From: Mobula hypostoma
Taxonomy: Eukaryota
Assembly: GCF_963921235.1 (NCBI RefSeq)
Contig: NC_086097.1
Span: forward strand, 252,218,001-252,282,000
Reading direction: 5' to 3'
DNA length: 64,000 nucleotides
Within the stretch, counting starts at the first letter, position 1. Each line of letters begins with the position of its first letter. Positions 24,200 to 38,138 of this stretch are shown one piece after another. Made by a program: the position numbers and the translations under genes. The notes beneath the pieces are model-generated. The model was not told the origin of the DNA and did no database searches. It saw nothing but the letters and a program-made list of their open reading frames with translations.

Positions 24200-27100
24200 G
24201 CAAATTATCTCGATTAATCCCATCTGTAATTGATTGTAATTATGACATTATCGCCATTTCAGATCATGCTCCAATGAAACTTTCTATCAAGTTAATGGAT
24301 ACTTCTACTAATAGACAATGGCGATTTAACCCTATTTTGCTTCAAGACTTGGATTTTGTTAAGTTTATGAAGGGACAGATTGATTTCTTTTTTTCAACTA
24401 ATACTATGGAAGAAGTTTCCAATGGAACAGTATGGGATGCTTTTAAAGCTTATATCCGTGTCAGATTACTTCCTATTCGGCTGGTTTGAAAAAAACGTAC
24501 TAAGAATGAAATACTCTTGTTGGTTGATAAAATTAAAGAAATTGATAAAAAAAAAAATACGCTATTGCTCCTAGTAAGGAGCTGTATAAACACAGAGTTG
24601 AACTTCAATTGGAACATAGTTTACTATTAACATCCTCGATCGAAAATCAATTAATGAAAACTAAAAGTGAGTTTTATATTCATAGTGATAAGTCGGGTAA
24701 ACTATTGGCTAATCAATTGAAATTTGCTTCGGTTAAATGTCAAATTACTAAGATTCGTAAACACGATGATACTTTGACAGTTGATCATGACGAGATAAAC
24801 AAAACCAAGAATTTTATACCTCTTTATATCACTCTGATTTTCCTCATGATTTTAATATCATGCATGATTTTTTAAGTAAACTGAATTTTCTGAAATTATC
24901 ACCCAAAGACTGCTTATCATTAGAAACTCCTATTACAGAGGAAGAAATAACAACTGCAATCTCATCAATGAATTCAGGTAAATCACCTGCTCCGGATGGG
25001 TTTACAGTGGAATTTTTAAAATCCTTTTCCTCTATTCTCTCTCCGTGGTTGTCTAGAATATTCAAAGAAGCAATCAGCTTAGGTAAATTACCACAATCGT
25101 TTTATGAAGCCTCTATTTCCTTAATTCTTAAAAAGAATAAAGATCCTACTGATTGCACATGATATAGACCGATAACTCTTTTAAATGTAGATTCAAAAAT
25201 TTTAGCAACTAGGTTAGAGAAGGTATTACCTCAAATTATATCTATGGACCAAACTGGATTTATTAAAAACCGTTATTCATCTTTTAATATTAGGAGGTTA
25301 ATGAATATTGTTTATACCCCTTCATTTAATACTCCAGAATGTATTACCTCATTAGATGCTGAGAAAGCCTTTGACCGAGTTGAATGGCCTTAATTGTTTA
25401 GTGTGCTCGAGAAATTTAATTTTAGTCCAAAATTTATATCTTGGATTAAATTGTTATATCATACCCCGGTAGCTTCAGTTTGCACTAATAATCAAAGATC
25501 TCCCTTTTTTCGTCTATCTCGTGGTACTAGGCAAGGATGCCCTCTTAGCTCTTTACTATTTAATATCGCCCTTGAATCTTTAGCAATTGCTATCCGTGAC
25601 TCGCCCAATATTTTTGGTATTACCTGCGGAAATGAAATACATAAATTATGACTATATGCAGATGATTTACTATACATCTCTAATCCGGAGGTCAATTCCT
25701 GTTATTCTAGCTTTGTTGGCTCAATTTAGTAATTTTTCTGGCTACAAATTAAACCTTAATAAGAGTGAATTATTTCCCCTAAATAAGCAGGTACCTATTT
25801 ATGGATGTTTACCATTTAAATTGGTTACTGATTCGTTTATATATTTTGGGATTATAATTACGAAAGGTATAAAGATTTATTTAAAGCTAATTTTTTACCT
25901 TTAATTGATCAGATTAAACTTTTGTTTACTAAATGGTCACCAATATCTTTGTCTTTGATTGGTCGGATTAATGCTATTAAGATGATTATTTTGCCTAAAT
26001 TTTTATACATATTTCAATCAGTTCCATTTTTTATTCCAAAATCTTTTTTTTGATAATGTTGACTCAAAAATTTCCTTCTATATATGGCAGAACAAAAATC
26101 CTAGGCTAGATAAAAGGTATTTACAGAAAGCTAAAAAAAGAGGGGGGGGGGTTAGCACTCCCGAATTTTAGATCTTATTATTGGGTAATTAATATTCGAT
26201 ACTTAAAATTTTGGCTACGAGATTTGGATGCAACTTTAAGTCCACATTGGGTAAATCTTGAATGTAATTCATTACAAGGGTTTTCTTTGGGTTCGGTGTT
26301 AGGAACTTCGCTTCCTTTTATTTTTTCTAAACTGTATAAACAAATGAATAATCCAATAGTTAAGTATACTTTACGTATATGGTTTCAATTCTGAAAATTT
26401 TTTGGGTTGAATCAATTTAATTTAGCAAGTCCTATTATATCTAATTTCCTTTTTCAACCTTCCACTATGAATCAAGCTTACTTTGATTGGAAAATCAAAG
26501 GTATAGTACGATTTCGTGATTTATTTTTGGATAATTGTTTTATGTCTTTTGATCAACTTTCTAATAAATATAATTTACCCAGATCTCACTTTTTTAGATA
26601 CCTACAGGTTAGAAACTTTTTAATTACTGTTTCTCCTAATTTTCCACACTTATATCCAATGGATATTTTGGAAAAAAATTTTAGATTTAAATCTCTCTCA
26701 GAAAAGCGTTGTAGCAATTATTTATGATATAATTATGAATTTATATCCTGATGTATCTAATAAAATTAAAACTGATTGGGAAAGAGAACTTAAGATTATT
26801 ATACCGATTGAAAAATGGGAAAAAATTCTTCAATTGGTTAATTCATCCTCTATATGTGCTAAACATGTGTTGATACAGTTTAAAGTAGAGCACAGGCCTC
26901 ACATGTCCAAAGATAAACTATCTCGTTATTATTCTTATATTAATCCAATATGTGAAAGATGTCATTCCGAGATAGCTTTTTTAACCCACATGTTTCGGTC
27001 ATGTCCTTTGTTGGAAAAATATTGGAAAGATATTTTTGATATTATTTCAACGGTTTTGAATATAGACTTACAACCTCACTGAATTACTGCTATTTTTGGG

Positions 27101-27920
27101 TTACCAATGATAGAATCAAATCATTTAACCTCTTCAGCTCGTCGGATGATTGCATTTCTTACTTTAATGGCTAGAAGATCCATTTTGCTGAATTGGAAAG
27201 AGATTAACCCTCCCACTGTATTTCACTGGTTTTCACAAACTATGTTGTGTTTAAATTTGGAAAAGATTAGAAGTGTGGTTTATGACCCTTCCATTAAATT
27301 TGAAAAAACTTGGAGGCCACTTATTCAGCATTTTCATATGATGTAATTTGACCATTTCCAAACTTACTTTACTTCTCTGTAGTGTTGGTTGAGAGGAACA
27401 GAGTTGTCGACACTAAGGTTTTTCTTTTCTCCCATTTTTTATGATGTTAAAACAGCCCAGGTCTTTTTTTTAGTTTAGTTGATTAATTCTGTTTAGATTA
27501 GTTTTTTTTTGAGGGTTTTTTTTTCTTTTGTCATGATTTTTGTCCAGATTTTTTTTTGTTCTGTATTATTCATTGGTATCCCATATGATTGAGAGTTTTG
27601 TCGATTAAGTACTATTTGGTTCTATAATTACTCATGTTAAGTACAACAATGTACTCCCAATAACTTTGTACTATTATTATGCAAACAACAGGAATTCTGC
27701 AGATGCTGGAAATTCAAGCAACACACATCAAAGTTGCTGGTGAACGCAGCAGGCCAGGCAGCATCTGACGAAGGGTCTCGGCCTGAAACGTCGACTGCGC
27801 CTCTTCCTATAGATGCTGCCTGGCCTGCTGTGTTCACCAGGAACTTTGATGTGTGTTGCTTGTACTATTATTATGTTATGTTTATATTTTATGAAACTAA
27901 TAAAAAGATTGAAAAAGGAA
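24200..27920 (+). mobile_element. L1-clade LINE, 5'-truncated, decayed ORF2
   Basis: ISDHAP, SGKSPAPDGF, LDAEKAFDRVEW, GTRQGCPLS, YADD, C-terminal CERC..THMF; ends aataaaaagattgaaaaag. Confidence 0.92.
27682..27859. mobile_element. Miniature Penelope insertion with inverted arms and 16-bp TSD
   Basis: TSD ttgtactattattatg at 27666-27681 and 27860-27875; inserted in an L1 3'UTR. Confidence 0.85.
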
Positions 27921-29201
27921 CCTGCAAATTAAATAACTGTGGATAAATAAAATATGTTATATGTGGCAGTGGCAGAGGCGGATGCATTAGAGATATTTAA
28001 GAGACGCAGTCTACACACATGGATGATAGAAAAATGGAGGTTTGTGTGGGAGGTAAGGGTTAAATTGGGTTAAAGGGTTGGCACAACATCCTGGGCCAAA
28101 TGGTCTCTACTTTGCTGTAAGGCTCCATATTCACACTCAGTATGAACAGCACCTTCCCGGAGACTGCCACGTTGCTGTGATGGCGAGGTCTGAATTCCTG
28201 AGATCCTGACAGTGATGCGATCTTGGAGCTCAGCTCTTGGTAGGGTCACCCATGATGGGAAGGTCAAGGTGGATGTTTCAGACAAGTGATCGAACCAACG
28301 GTGGAGCTGGGGGAAGATGACGACACATCACAATGGCAGTGAGGAAGGCTGCAGGAGTGTAGGGTCCTCAGACATCTTGCGTTCCATGACACTGGACCCT
28401 GACCCCGATCTGTCAACGACTGTGTGGTGGAAGCCTGTGTGTCAGAATCCCCACATTAAACAAGTCACGAGCTGGTCTTCTCCATGAAGGGAACAACCCC
28501 TTGTGTATACACCATACTCAACTTGAGTGATCGGACTACTACTATGAACAGCACCTCCACAAGACTCTGCAGCCGGTCAGCTCATCGACAGCATTGTTTC
28601 TGGCTTCTCTGCACTGAACTTTCCAATTGCCTGATTAGCCTTCAGTCTGCTCTCTGTAAATCTGAAGTCACTCAAACTCTGCTGCACGTCTGGACTCAGA
28701 GTGTGCCATTCACTCACTGGACTGCGGGTAATGTCCCGTCAAGTACTGAGTATTAGAAGCTGGAACACTTAAAGAATTCCTTTGAGTTTTTAAATTGCAA
28801 CAGGAATGGGAGTTTATAAGTAGTGTACAACATTTCCCAAAACTTGTTTTAGACCAAAAGACACAGGAGCAGATCTAGGCCATTCGGCCCATCGAGTCTG
28901 CTCTGCCACTCCATCACGGCTGATGTATTATCCCTGTCAAATCCATTCTCCATCCTTCTACCCATAACCTTTGTCTTCCTAAGAAAACTTTGCTTTAAAT
29001 GTGCTCAATGACTTTGGTCTCATCCACCAGTGAGACCCTCACTGTCCAGGGCATGCCCTCTTCTTAGTTCCACTAACGTTTTGTATGCGTTATGATAAAA
29101 AGCAACTGGGAGAGTTTACCGATTTCATTCTGTAAAATCAGGTGTGTACCAATTACACAATACATCCATTAAAAATTACAAAGAGTTATGCAGTTTCTTA
29201 C

Positions 29202-29681
29202 CCAAATACCAAAGTGCCGTCCTTCTTGATCCCAAATTGTGCATTTTGAATTCCCTTTGCATCTTGTACCAGTTTTCCATCACTCACAACATTACCCAAG
29301 CAAAGTCCTTCCTTCGTGTCAAAAAATCCAGCATTGTGGGCCACCAAACACTTGCTGGATTTGGCAGTTTCTTGCACAGTTGCTCGGTACGAGTGACTGC
29401 ATCCTCCTGGTTTCAGTGGCTCCAAAATTGAGACGGTTCTCAGTGGGTTATTCACAAAGGTGAAATGGCCAGTCACCGTTTTAGTCTTCCCTTCCTCAGT
29501 GGGAAACTTTGAAACGAACACAGCAGATTTAGCAACAGGAAGATGAGAGGATTTATCAGCAGGCCAAGTCTCATGTGTAACATTCCTAAACACAATAGGC
29601 TGACAGTCTCTGATGTATCTGTGAGAATGCCGTGAGCCATGCTCCAAAGGGTAGTATGGAAGCAGATCATTCAAGTCAGTC
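29202..29681 (-). CDS. NAGPA: NAGPA coding exon 2 (480 nt)
   Basis: TDLNDLLPYYP...HRYIRDCQP...NPLRTVSILEPLKPGGC...VAHNAGFF...CLGNVVSDG...QNAQFGIKKDGTLVFG, typical NAGPA motifs; ctatag acceptor, GG|GTAAG donor. Confidence 0.95.
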
Positions 29682-30314
29682 CTATAGAGGAGACGGAAAT
29701 TATTACAAATGCAAAGATGATAACACATGCAAGCGCCGAGGTTTGTGTAATGTTATTCCAGAACCAGCAAACCAGGTTCAGTTCCCACCCCTGTCAGAAA
29801 GGAGAATCAAAGTTCAACGAAAATTTTATTATCAAAGTACAGATAAGTAAAAAGAGCTTTGACTAGTGGCCAATCTGGAGAGGTGGTCCAAATCAGCTCC
29901 ACTGCCTGAGGAGCAGCAGGTCACAGCAGCAAAATACAGCTTTGACCAGCAGCCAGTCGGCATTTGGGATTGATTAGTAAGAACAAATTAAACGAAGGCA
30001 GAGGCAAGCGCAACGGCCGTCATTGGAGTGGGCACAGAGTGATGACCTTGAGGCTTTAGCTCTTCGAGATTTCAACAAAGAAAGGTTTCACTCAGGGAAA
30101 GCAAGGGAAAGAAAAGATCAAGTTCCCCCCCCCCCACCCCCACCTTCTCTTCCTATCTGCTCAGCAAGGACAGTAGATATGCCAGGCAGGTTAGTGAAAT
30201 GGTCCTCTTGTGGGATATGGGAAGGCAGGGTCTGGGATATAAAGGATTCTGATCTCAGGATAGCTACCTGTGCCATGTGCTAATGAAGCCAGAATTAGGA
30301 AGTTTAATAGCATT

Positions 30315-32470
30315 AAGACACAAGACATAGGAGCAGAATTAGGCCATTTGGCTCATCGAGTTCACTCTGCTACTCAATCATGGCAGATCCTTTTTCCCCT
30401 CACTCCCACTGCCTGGCCTTCTCCCCGTAACCTTTAACGCCATGTCCAATCAAGAACCTATCAATCTCTGTCTTAAATACACCCAATGACCTGGCCTCCA
30501 CAGCTGCCTGTGGTAACAAATTCCACAAACTTACCACTCTCTGGCTAAAGAAATTTCTCCACATCTCTGTGCCAGAAGAAAGTCCCTCTATCCTGAGGTT
30601 GTGCCCTCTTGTCCTAGATTCCTTCACTATGGGAAAAATCCTTTCCACATCTACTCTCTCTAGGCATTTCAATAATCAAAATGATCCAATGAGATCCCCC
30701 CTCATCCTTCTAAATTCCAGTCAATACAGACCCAAAACCATCAAACGTTCCTTGTATAACCCTTTCATTCCCAGAATCATTCTTGTGAACCTCCTCTGAA
30801 CCCTCTCTGATGCCAGCACATTTTTCTCAGCTTAATCCAATCCTGTTCACAATACTCGTGAAGCCACACAACTGCTTTATAAAGCCTCAGCATTACAACT
30901 CTGGTCTTGTATTCGAGACCTCTTGAAATGAATGCTGACATTACATTCGCCTTCCTCACCGCCGGCTCAACCTGCAAGTTAACCTTCAGGGTGTTCTACA
31001 CAAGGACTCCCAAATCCCTTTGCATCTCAGATTTTTGGATTTTCTCTCCACTTAGAAAATAGTCTGCACATTTATTTCTACCAACATGCATGACCATGTA
31101 TTTTCCAGCATTATATTTCATTTGCCATTTTCTTGCCCATTCTCCTAATCTAAGTCCTTCTACAACCTGCTTCCTCAACACGACCTGCCCCTCCACCAAT
31201 CTTCGTATCAACTGCAAACTTGGCAACAAATCATCTATTCCATCATCTCGATCATTTATATACAGCATAAAAAGCAGTCCCAACACAGACCCCTGCAGAA
31301 CACCACCAGTCACCAGCAACCAACCAGAAAAGGTTCCTTTTATTCCCACTCGCTGCCTCCTACTAACCAGGCAATGCTCTAACCATGCCAGTAATTCTCC
31401 TGTAAAGCCATGGGCTCTTAACTTGGTAAGCAGCCTCATGTGTGGCATCTTGTTAAAGGCCTTCTGAAAGCCCAAATATACAAAATCCACTGTATCCCCT
31501 TTATCTATCCTACTTGTAATCTCCTCAAATAATTCCAACAGGTTCATTAGGTAAGATTTTCCCTTTGGGAAACCATGCTGACTTTGTCCTATCTTGTACT
31601 GTGTCACCAAGTGCCCATAACCTCATCCTTAATAACTGATTCCAATATCTTCCAAACTACCAAAGCCAGGCTTACTGGTCTATAATTTCCTTTCTGCTGC
31701 CTTCCTCCTTTCCTAAGGAGTGTAGTGACATTTGCAACTTTCCAGTGCTCTGGCACTGTGCCAGAGTCCAATGTTTTTTGAAAGATCATTACTAATGCCA
31801 CCACAATCTCTAACGTTACCTCTTTCAGAACACTAGGGTGCAGTTCATCTGGTCTGGACAACTTATGTACACTTGGGTTTTCAGTTTTTTGAGCACCTTC
31901 TCCCTTGTAATAGTAACTGCTCTCACTTCTCTTTCTTCACACTTCAACTTCTGGCATACTGCTTGCGCCTTGCACATTGAAGACTGTTGCAAAATACTCA
32001 TTTAGTTCATCAGCCATCTCCTGACACATTATTTCTTGGGCCTCATTGTCTAGCGTTCCTATATCCACTCTCATCTCTTTTTTTAAAAACATACTTGTAA
32101 CAGCTTTAACTATCCACTTTGATATAGTTTGCCTGCTTGCTTTCACATTTCATCTCTTCCCTCCTAATTATTCTTTTAGTTGCTCTCTCTAGGTTTTTAA
32201 AAGCTTTTCCCAATCCTCTATCATCCTGATTTTTGCATTGTTGTATAGAGTTTCTTTTGCTTTTACATTAGCTTTGACTTCCCTTGTTAGCCAGGGACGT
32301 ACTATTTTACCATTTGAGTATTCCTTTGTTTTTGGAACAATGCTTCAACTTCCTCATTCTTCCTAGGAACTCTTTATAGCTGCTCTGCTGTCATTTCTAC
32401 CGGCATCTCCTTCCCATTTACTCTGGCCAACCCATCTCTCACACCACCAATTTCTTTTACTCCACTGAAC
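30315..32470 (-). mobile_element. CR1 ORF2/3' fragment
   Basis: NYRPVSL, SQHGFPKGKS, GVLQGSVLG, CR1 3'UTR. Confidence 0.88.
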
Positions 32471-33060
32471 AAGGAGGCAAAGTAGAATCAGTTGGTGTTG
32501 TGTTCTTGGATTTTCAGAAGGCCACCCATGAGGCTGCTATGAGCCCATGATATTACAGGAAAGATTCTAGCATGGATTAAGCAGTACCTGAATGGCAGGA
32601 GACAAAGAGTGGGAATAAAGGCCGCCTTTTCTTGCTGGTGACTAGTGGTGTTCCACTGGGTCTGTGTTAGGACCGATTCTTTTTACATTAAATGTCAATG
32701 GAATTGACGGCTTTATTGCGAAGTTTGCAGGTGATATGAAGATCGCTGGAGGGGCAGGTAATTTTGAGGAAGTAGAGAGGCTACAGAAGGACAGATAGGT
32801 TAGGAGAATGAGTAAAGAAATGGCAGATGGAATACAGTGCCAGGAAGTGTATGGTCATGCACTTTGGTAGATGAAAGGGTTGACTATTTTCAAAACGGAG
32901 AAAATACACTAAAAACTGAGGAGCAAAGGGACTTGAGACCCTGTGCAGGATTCCATAAAGGTTAATTATCACAGGTTGAGTCTGTGGTGAGAAAGGCAAA
33001 TGCAATGTCAGCATTCATTTCAAGAGGACGGGAACACAAAAGCAAGGTTGTAATGTTGAA
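32470..33060 (+). mobile_element. CR1 RT fragment
   Basis: Decayed LDFQKA, SGVP.GSVLG, KFA.D segments. Confidence 0.75.
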
Positions 33061-33061
33061 T

Positions 33062-33225
33062 CACAAACAAGAGAAAACCTGCAGATGCTGGGAACCTGAG
33101 CCACACACACAAAATGCTGGAGGAACTCTGCAGGTCAGGCACCATTCAATGGAAAAAGTACAGTCAATGTTTTGGGAGAGACCCTTCTTTAGTCCTGAAG
33201 GGGGGTCTTGGCTCAAAATGTCAAC
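33062..33225. mobile_element. Degenerate inverted Penelope terminal fragment
   Basis: Same terminal family, diverged. Confidence 0.65.
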
Positions 33226-35379
33226 TTTCAAGACACGCGTACAGACATAATTGGTTTAATAAATATTGCAGGCTGTTAAAATTTGGCCACAATGGATACA
33301 ACTGGTATCGCCGTTAATAATGTCCTGCCCTGAAAAACTAATCAGTTTGTTAGTCCTGATGAAAAACCATTATCAGCAACGCCACTGAGCACCTGCACAC
33401 GCAGTGCTGTCGCAGGAAAGCAGAATCCATCACTGCCCGCTATCTGTGTCCTCTCCAGCCACAGGCAAGTTCTGGGAGAGCAGGCGAGTGGCTAATGCTG
33501 TACCTCTATTTAAAAAAGGGAACTAGGGAAAGTCCTGGGAACTATAGACCAGTGAGTCTGACATCAGTTGTAGGAAAATTGCTGGAGAAAATTTGGAGAG
33601 GCGGAACTTATGACAACGGCACCCACTCCTTCGCTTGCTCCATTTATCTCTTCTTTTCCTTTTCAAGGTTCTTTTGAAGATCCTGACCTGCAGTTACACG
33701 CTGACTTCTGTTCTTTGTGGAAATGGGACCCGCTCTCAGGGCCTCACAACTGGCTGCTTTTTGATATGCAAGGGACGCAGCCTGGGAGACTGGCGCGCCT
33801 TCGGGGTGCTGGATTTTCGTGGCTCTGGAGACGGGCGGACTCGAGGCTGGTGCCGCCACCTGATGTGTGGTGTGTGACGATATCCTGAATTATCCCTTAT
33901 GGACTGTGCTTTTGAAAAGAGAGAGAGCATGCAGCTGTACAGCACAAACAACTTGTTTACTGAGAGAGAGGGGCGAAGACTGCTCAGTTTGTTTGGGATT
34001 TCTGCAAGGACACTGCCAGCTTCTGAGTTCCTACAGAGAGAGAAGGGAGGAGCCACTTGATGGACAGCTGGTGTTCAGCACAACAGTATTTAAACCAGCG
34101 TAATTTCTTGTTTCACAGGACACACAGACGCATTAAGGTGTGGTGAAGTTACCACTATTCTGTTCAGGTGCCCACGAGTGTGGGACTGAGGATCAATTGT
34201 GAGGAATCGATCTGTGATTATTAGTGCGTGAAAGAGTGACCCTGTGGAGTGTACCAGTGTGTCTAACCCTTGCCTGAGTTGGTACACTATCACTTGAAGT
34301 CGGTGCTCTTAAGTTGGTCAAGTTTGGCTAACTTGGAAGTGTCGGAGGACAACGGGAAGATCAACGGCATCGGCTTACTTGGACAACCACAACACCTTTC
34401 TCTCTCTCTCCATCACTACTCAACTCAACTGAACTGAACTGAATTCATTTGTAAAACTGTATCCATTTACCCGAGGCTTGAAGAAGCTTGGTTTTTATAT
34501 TTCCACACTTATGTATGCATGAACTTTGCTAACCTGTTTGATTCATCTGATGTTATATTACTGTATTGCGAGCTCCATACCAACTTTACAGTGTACTGAT
34601 AATTTCTGACATTTCCTTCGATATCTTGTTCAAGAAGCTAATAGTCACATCAGATTTAATTAGATTAGATTATGAGGACACGCAGTCCTCTTTTATTGTC
34701 ATTCAGTAATGCATGCGTACAGAAATGATACAGTTTCTCCGGAATGATATCACAGAAAATCATGACAAACTGACTGAAAAACTGAGAAAAACCACATAAT
34801 TATAACATATAGTTACAACAGTGCAAAGCAATACCATAATTTGATAAGAACAGACCATAGCATGGTAAAAAGTCTCAGTCTCTCGAAAGTCCCATCATCT
34901 CACGCAGACGGTGAACCTCCAGCGCCGCCAACTTGCCGATGCAGCATCCTGGAAGCATCCGACCACAGTCCGACTCAGAGTCCATCCGAAAACTTCCAGC
35001 TCTCCGACACTGAGCACCGAGTACCATCTCTGCCAAGCGCTTCGACCCCGGCCCTGGCAACAGGCAAAGCCGAGGATTTGGGGCCTTATCCTCCGGAGAT
35101 TCTCGATTGCACAGTAGCAGCGGCAGCGAAGCGGGCATTTCAGAAGTTACTTCAGGTGTTCCTCCGTGCTTCTCACGGCTGTCTCCATCAAATCCGGATT
35201 GTGCAGGATCAACTCACTCTTCTGAACATCAGGAAGGTGGCATTTACACACAATGTGCCACCTTTTCTACACCGGGAACCCCTGCTTACGCAATCCAAGG
35301 GAGACACATTTATTACACCACCACTACCTTGGAAGCAGCAGTGGAGACGAGGATGAAGGGATGGCGTCCTGGTGAGGTT

Positions 35380-36560
35380 GTCATGACGTGCTAATCAGTC
35401 ACCGCTCCCTAACATACACCTGGCTAACACTCCTGGACAACAAGCTATGCAAACTGAGAGCCAGAATCTCCTATCAGCGAGAAACAAAGGAATGCAATGT
35501 TTTGTGCTTCGTGGAGACCTGGCTGACGGAGGACCTGTCAGGGTGGGCAGGTCAAAAAACCTCTCTGGGAAGAGTAAAGGAGGTGGGGTATGCTTCACCA
35601 TCAATAATGCTTGGTGTGATCTCAAGAATGTGCATGCCCTCAAATCATTTTGTTCCCCGGATCTGGAGTACCTTGTGCTGCTGTGTGTAGACTTTTCTGG
35701 CTGCCTAGGGAGTTCACACTGTTATTATCAGAGCTGTGTATATTCCACTGCAGGCTGATACTGACCTGGCTCTCAGGAAACTGTACAGGACCATCAGCAC
35801 CCTGGAGACTGCACCCAGAGGCTGCTTTCATCGTCGCCAGTGACTTCAATTGAGCAGCGCTGACGAAAGTCTCTCCAAAGCTTTGTCAGCACATCCAGGT
35901 GAGCACACGGGGAGAGAGCATACTCACCCACTGCTACTTTCCCTTCCGCAACGCTTACAAAGCACTCGTCCGTCTGCTGTTTGGGCAGTCGGATCACTCC
36001 TCCATCTTGCTTCTGCTCGTGTACACAGATCCAGACACAGCTCTCTAGCAACAATACACACAGCTTATGGCAAGGTCTGCACACCATCACAGACTCCAAA
36101 GCTAAGCACAGCTACCAACATCACTGCTTCTCTCCCAGATGAAAGAAATCTTTTTTGCTTGGTTCAATGTTGCCAACACTGAGCCCTCAAGGAGAGCTGC
36201 CAAAGTGATCTGCATCTTGGTCATCTCTGAGGCTGAAGTTGCAGGTGTTTCCAACAAGTGGACAGTCGCAAGGCTGCAGGACCAGACAGCATCCCAGGGC
36301 GGGTACTCAGGACGTGTGTGACACAACTGGCAGGTGTATTTACAGTGATGCAGCCACTCAGGGTGCTCTCACTGTATAGTATGGGAACTATACTTCTCTC
36401 AAGCACAGAGAGTGGTGCGGACAGACCTGCACACCTGTAGATGTGAACTTCCCACTATTCAGGACATTTACAGAGACAGGTGTGTAAAAAGGGCTCGAAG
36501 GACCATGAAAACTAGGACCAACAGGCTCCAGGACAGCTTCTTCCACCAGGCCATCATATC
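35380..36560 (+). mobile_element. Decayed Rex1/Babar-like LINE (endonuclease region)
   Basis: CFVETWL, SGKSKGGGVCF, FIVASDFN, KAAGPDSIPGRVL. Confidence 0.75.
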
Positions 36561-36984
36561 AAGTCGCTTTTCATTGTCATTTTGACCATAACTGCTGGTA
36601 CAGTACACAATAAAAACGAGACGTTTTTCAGGACCATGGTGCTACATGAATAACACAAAACTACACTAGACTACAGACCTACCCAGGACTGCATACAGTG
36701 CAGGTATTACAATAAATAATAAACAAGACATTAGGCACAGTAGAGGGCAGTAGGTTGGTGTCAGTCCAGGCTCTGGGTATTGAGGAGTCTGATGACTTGA
36801 GGAAAGAAACTGTTACATAGTTTAGTCATATATCGATACAATTGTACTTCCATGCTACAATGACCGCCCTGTTGTACACACTATTTATTTCAAATTACTT
36901 TAAATTGCACAGAGGGAGACATAACGTAAAGATTTTTATTCCTCATGTAAGTGAAGGATGTAAGAAATAAAGTCCATTCAATTC

Positions 36985-37170
36985 TCTCCTGGAAGGACTG
37001 TTTGGGGCCCTGAATGGAGGCGAGGGAGCGATCCCTGCAGAAAGTGGAGTGTGTGGTTGGGGGGAAGAGGTGAAAAAGGGTCCCTTTGGAGATGGCGGAT
37101 GTTGAGGAGAATTAAAGTGTTGGATCAGAGGCTCATGCGGTGGTCGCTGAAGACAAGAGGAACTCCATTT
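36985..37170 (-). mobile_element. Degenerate Penelope-like fragment
   Basis: ggaaggactgtttggggccctgaatgg...gggagcgatccctgc matches the 5.4 kb and 49.6 kb copies. Confidence 0.65.
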
Positions 37171-37583
37171 ACTGCATTTGTATGTGTTGCTATGAACTTT
37201 GTTATTTTATGGTTGCAAATAGATACAATTATGTATTTACATTAGAGCTTCCATTATAAAAGTTAAAGTGCATGCATCAATAAAGCAGCAATAAACGCTG
37301 AATGACAGCGTTTGGTCAAGCCTCCGTGTGGAGGACACGTTTGCACAAAAGTTACGTCGTGGAATGTACGACATCAACTTCTATCACCCGCGATCCTGCA
37401 GTTTGTCCTCCCGCTTTATTATCGAGAGGGCTGTCTGGAGGGCTGCTGTGTCGGCTGAGAGCAGCGAGGGGATGGTTCCGGTTGCGGTCGCGGTCACGGC
37501 CGCCGGCCCCAGATGGACAGGAACGGCCCCCCACAAATGAAGTCAGCTGTAGGGTGCCTGAAGCAGATGTTAGAGGCACTTAC

Positions 37584-37711
37584 CTATCGACAGCTCCTGC
37601 ACCCGTACCCGTACACAGGACGGTAAGGACACCGACAGCCAGCCCGGTGTGCCAGTAACCTACCGCCGGCAACACCGAACACCACACGGCGCGGCGACAA
37701 CCCGCCGCCAT
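37584..37711 (-). CDS. NAGPA: NAGPA-family (uncovering enzyme) coding exon 1, signal peptide
   Basis: ATG GCG GCG... reads MAAGCRRAVWCSVLPAVGYWHTGLAVGVLTVLCTGTGAGAVD(R); hydrophobic signal-like stretch; donor AG|GTAAG phase 2 matches exon 2 phase; lies in a CpG island. Confidence 0.8.
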
Positions 37712-37731
37712 TCTCGTCCGACCCTAGCATC

Positions 37732-38138
37732 CCGCCCACTCCCCGATCACATGACACCGGAGCACCGCCCGCTCCCCAATCACATGACACCGGAGCACCG
37801 CCCACTCCCCGATCACATGACACCGGAGCACCGCCCACTCCCCGATCACATGGCACCGGAGCACCGCCCACTACCCGATCACATGGCAGCGGAGCACCGC
37901 CCGCTCCCCAATCACATGGCACCGGAGCACCGCCCACTACCCGATCACATGGCAGCGGAGCACCGCCCACTACCCGATCACATGACACCGGAGCACCGCC
38001 CACTCCCCGATCACATGGCAGCGGAGTACCGCCCACTCCCCGATCACATGGCACAGGAGCACCGCCCACTCCCCGATCACATGGCACCGTAGCACCGCCC
38101 ACTCCCAGATCACATGGCACCGGAGCACCGCCCACTCC
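37732..38138. repeat. 33-bp minisatellite, about 12.3 copies (ccgcccactccccgatcacatg(g/a)caccggagca)
   Basis: 12 TCACATG cores counted; 11-aa periodicity in ORF track (RPLPDHMTPEH). Confidence 0.95.

Noticed and set aside
33870..34570. Possible solo LTR (also about 41674-41867)
   Set aside because: Composition is suggestive but no convincing TG..CA termini with TSD could be fixed by eye
37732..38138. CRISPR-like appearance and 147/183-aa repetitive ORFs
   Set aside because: Units are contiguous with no unique spacers, there are no cas genes and the context is eukaryotic; the ORFs are by-products of a 33-bp period
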